From NCBI GenBank assembly GCA_963836185.1, contig CAWIIQ010000003.1:320001-384000 (forward strand): a stretch of DNA of 64,000 nucleotides, read 5' to 3'. The notes under the pieces are model-generated. The model was not told the DNA's origin. It did no database searches and was given only the letters and a program-made list of their open reading frames with translations. This stretch comes from Candidatus Krumholzibacteriia bacterium (GTDB lineage Bacteria; Krumholzibacteriota; Krumholzibacteriia; Krumholzibacteriales; Krumholzibacteriaceae). Of this stretch, positions 61,475-64,000 are shown piece after piece; the first letter of the stretch is position 1; each line of letters begins with the position of its first letter. The position numbers were made by a program, and so were the translations under genes.

Positions 61475-63769
61475 CTACCTCAGAAGCACGAGCTTGCTGC
61501 TCTTCTCGACACCGTCGGCCCTGAACCTGTAAAAGTAGACCCCGCTCGAAACCCTTCCTCCGCCGTCCTTTACCCCGTTCCATACGATCTGGTGAGTGCC
61601 GCCGTGCATGAACCTGTCGCGGACGAGGTGTCTTACCACGCGGCCCGCCGCGTCGTAGATCGTCAGGTCGACCTTTGTGTCCCTGGCGAGGTAGAACTCG
61701 ATCGTCGTCGCCGGGTTGAACGGGTTCGGGAAGCTTCCGACAAGCTTTGTCGGCGTCTCCGGAGTCGGCGGGTCGGCATCGACCGTATACTCAGGTATCC
61801 CGCAGAGGCGGATGTCCCTGCATGTCTGCCCTTCGGGAGTCTCCGCGACGATCTCGAGAAGATAGAGGCCGCCGGGGAACCCGGTAGTGTCCCAGTGGAA
61901 GGTGTCTACGATTCCACCGCCCACGAGGACGCCGCTGTCGATCTCGATCCATCCAGGATCTGCCTCGCCGGGGACAGCCATACGGCTGCCGCCCCCAGCC
62001 TCGGGCGGGGAGACCTTGATAAACTTCTTTATCACGGCGTTTCCTGACGCGCTGTCATCGACCTTGTAGCCCTCCAGGGTAGGCTTGCCGTTCGCGTCGC
62101 TGCCGACGTTGTACTCGTGCTGTTCGGTGCCCTCGCCGCCCCACGGGTCCATGAAGTCGAGCCTGTACGAGACTGCCGTTCCCATGACGACCCCGTTGTC
62201 GAATCCGTAGACGGTAGAGCCCTTCGAGCCGAGCGTCACGCAGTGCTGCACCTTTTTCCCGTTGGGAAGAGTGTTCTCGACGACCATCATCACATCCTCG
62301 CCGTCAGCCTCGAACTCGTCGAACATGTCACCGATATCGAGGTAGTGCTCTATATCGGTCTTTTCGACCGTCCATCCGGATTTGCCGTGCGACGTAAGAT
62401 AGCTCTTGATCCCGGAGACCATTCCGCCGGGCGTTGTCCCTCTCGAGGAGTTTGTTCCCATCGCGCCGCGTAGTTCCCTGGCCATCTGTTCGCCCGTCTG
62501 GTCCGGTTTGCTGGTATCGCCTCCTGGATTGTCGAGCTCCGGATGCCCGTTGTCCGCGAAATACTTCAGGCAACTCGCAGCCGAGGCCGGGCCGCAGGAC
62601 ATCGAATCGAGCCTCGTGGGGGCGCTGCTCAGGCCGAGCTGGTTGACGGGAGTCAGGGTCCTCTTGAAATCGACTCCAAACGGGAATACCTGGATCCTTG
62701 CCGGAGCAGGTGCGGGTAAATACTTGATCATTCTCGCAAGAAGGATTATAAGGCTGTCCATGGGGACCGCCTTGGCAGTGTCGGGATAGATATCCACGAA
62801 CTCGGGGAAGGGAGGAAACGAATAGATCCTCACCGGGGGAGATATCCCGGTCACCGGGCCGTTATGCGCCGTGTTCGCGGTAGCCTGGAACTCGTAATAG
62901 CCGCCATCTTCCGGAAAGGACCACCTGTCGAGATAAACGGACCAGCCGTCCCCTGTTCCAGCGTCCTCTATCGTGGACCAGCTTTCGGCGCTTCCGTCAG
63001 TGTCTATTCCGATAGGGATCCATGGATCGGGGCTGCCCTCTTCGCGATAGCTGAATTCTACCTCTATGACCTCGTACGGTCCCGATACCTCGGCTTGTAT
63101 CCTGTAGATATTCTCGTCGTAGCGGTTCGGCTCCAGTATGTCAGAGCCCTTCATCTGGTCGACGATCAGATGAGTCTCCGGCGGGTAAAGGCCCGAGTAG
63201 CAGACCGAAGCGCCTGTGCCGAGGGCCAGCGGAGTGTCCATCAAATTGTTAAACCAGACTTCGTTCGGATCGGCTGAATTGGGAGCAAGGCGTCCGTTCC
63301 CGATAAAAGCGTCCTCATCCGCATCGCCGTCAAGGTCGCCAACCGCTAATCCCTGCTGGTTCTTGAGTATTTCACCCGGAAGGATGCCGGGCAGCTCGAC
63401 CTGGGCGACGACCTCTACCGTGAATATGGCCGGATACGGGATTCCCGGATCGACGCTTCTCACAAGGCCATGTGAAGGGATGCCGACCTGGTGTGTCATC
63501 GTGATGCCATCACCGCGAAGATCGATCGCCATTATCTCGACGAGCTGTTCTATATGACCGTCAGGCGCTACAACCGGATCGGACCAGCTGACGTCCCATG
63601 TCCCGGACAGCTCGAAGGTCTCGAACCCGTGTCCGTAGATATCGAATTCGTATAAAGCGGTGACGTATACAGTCTCGTTGTTCACGTACTGGGCCGTCGA
63701 CTGGTGCGGCCAGACAAACAAAAACGCCGCTGCAAGAGCGACGATCACAAGACACCTGCGGTTCTTCAA
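61475..63769 (-). CDS. Secreted multidomain protein with a C39-like (papain-fold) cysteine peptidase domain and T9SS-A/FlgD-type CTD
   Basis: GGAGG RBS then TTG; signal peptide; Q...SCGPASAASCLKYF, GTTPGGMVSGI..Y, HCVTLG, FMDPWG; SFPNPFNP...SGVYFYRF...SSKLVLLR. Confidence 0.75.
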   Translation of the reverse strand: MKNRRCLVIVALAAAFLFVWPHQSTAQYVNNETVYVTALYEFDIYGHGFETFELSGTWDVSWSDPVVAPDGHIEQLVEIMAIDLRGDGITMTHQVGIPSHGLVRSVDPGIPYPAIFTVEVVAQVELPGILPGEILKNQQGLAVGDLDGDADEDAFIGNGRLAPNSADPNEVWFNNLMDTPLALGTGASVCYSGLYPPETHLIVDQMKGSDILEPNRYDENIYRIQAEVSGPYEVIEVEFSYREEGSPDPWIPIGIDTDGSAESWSTIEDAGTGDGWSVYLDRWSFPEDGGYYEFQATANTAHNGPVTGISPPVRIYSFPPFPEFVDIYPDTAKAVPMDSLIILLARMIKYLPAPAPARIQVFPFGVDFKRTLTPVNQLGLSSAPTRLDSMSCGPASAASCLKYFADNGHPELDNPGGDTSKPDQTGEQMARELRGAMGTNSSRGTTPGGMVSGIKSYLTSHGKSGWTVEKTDIEHYLDIGDMFDEFEADGEDVMMVVENTLPNGKKVQHCVTLGSKGSTVYGFDNGVVMGTAVSYRLDFMDPWGGEGTEQHEYNVGSDANGKPTLEGYKVDDSASGNAVIKKFIKVSPPEAGGGSRMAVPGEADPGWIEIDSGVLVGGGIVDTFHWDTTGFPGGLYLLEIVAETPEGQTCRDIRLCGIPEYTVDADPPTPETPTKLVGSFPNPFNPATTIEFYLARDTKVDLTIYDAAGRVVRHLVRDRFMHGGTHQIVWNGVKDGGGRVSSGVYFYRFRADGVEKSSKLVLLR

Positions 63770-63939
63770 GGGGCCCTCCTCCCGGCGAGAGACGTAGACA
63801 TCAATGGTGAACAGAGGCGGCGCTCAGAATTTCCCCGAGTGTCAGTATATATTTTTTCGAAACCCTGAAGGCCGCCGGACATCCCTGTAATTTGCAAGAT
63901 CCATTATACCATAAACTTACAGGATGATTCAAGGAGAGT

Positions 63940-64000
63940 ATGCCGGAGTCTTATGATCAGGGATCACTTGGGCGCGAAGACCTGGATGCGGTTGTTCGCC
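63940..64000 (+). CDS. Start of an unidentified gene running off the right edge
   Basis: AAGGAG RBS then ATG CCG GAG TCT..., open to the window end. Confidence 0.45.
   Translation, partial: MPESYDQGSLGREDLDAVVR

Overview
A GC-rich bacterial chromosomal window with no phage, transposase, integrase or CRISPR array visible. Six secreted proteins ending in a PNP(FNP)...GxY...K(M/I/L/F)xxx(R/K) C-terminal sorting domain (T9SS type-A/FlgD-Ig-like CTD), plus a TonB-dependent receptor, porins and LpoB, point to a diderm FCB-superphylum organism (Krumholzibacteriota/Latescibacterota-like; inference only). Many conserved genes are split by single-base frameshifts, most likely long-read assembly errors. 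Contents in order: aldo/keto reductase; a scar made of GH92 and Ser/Thr-kinase remnants; a CoA-activase/DUF2229 pair; an M16 peptidase pair; OsmC; tRNA-Leu(CAG); lpoB plus a COG3014-like lipoprotein; smpB-amidase-GerMN-murI-rph-rdgB; an ABC-2 transporter; an OM barrel; a GT4; tRNA-Pro(TGG), followed by a ~10 kb lower-GC island of secreted proteins that contains a decayed full-length copy of the same tRNA; an Rrf2-headed TolC-YHS-CusB-CusA operon with a palindromic operator; a complete phoBR-porin-pstSCAB-phoU locus with three 11-bp-period TAAC Pho-box arrays; a cobalamin-riboswitch-controlled btuB plus a CTD-tagged beta-propeller; an OmpA lipoprotein; trkHA; a CTD protein/lipoprotein pair of unknown function; a pentapeptide-repeat two-gene unit; and a CTD-tagged C39-like peptidase. 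The best candidates for undescribed biology are (1) a B12-capture system whose BtuG-like propeller appears to be exported through a T9SS-type CTD rather than as a lipoprotein, (2) a Cys-rich Rrf2 controlling a Cus-type efflux pump, (3) the tRNA-Pro-duplicated secretome island and (4) the variant-CTD protein/lipoprotein pair.
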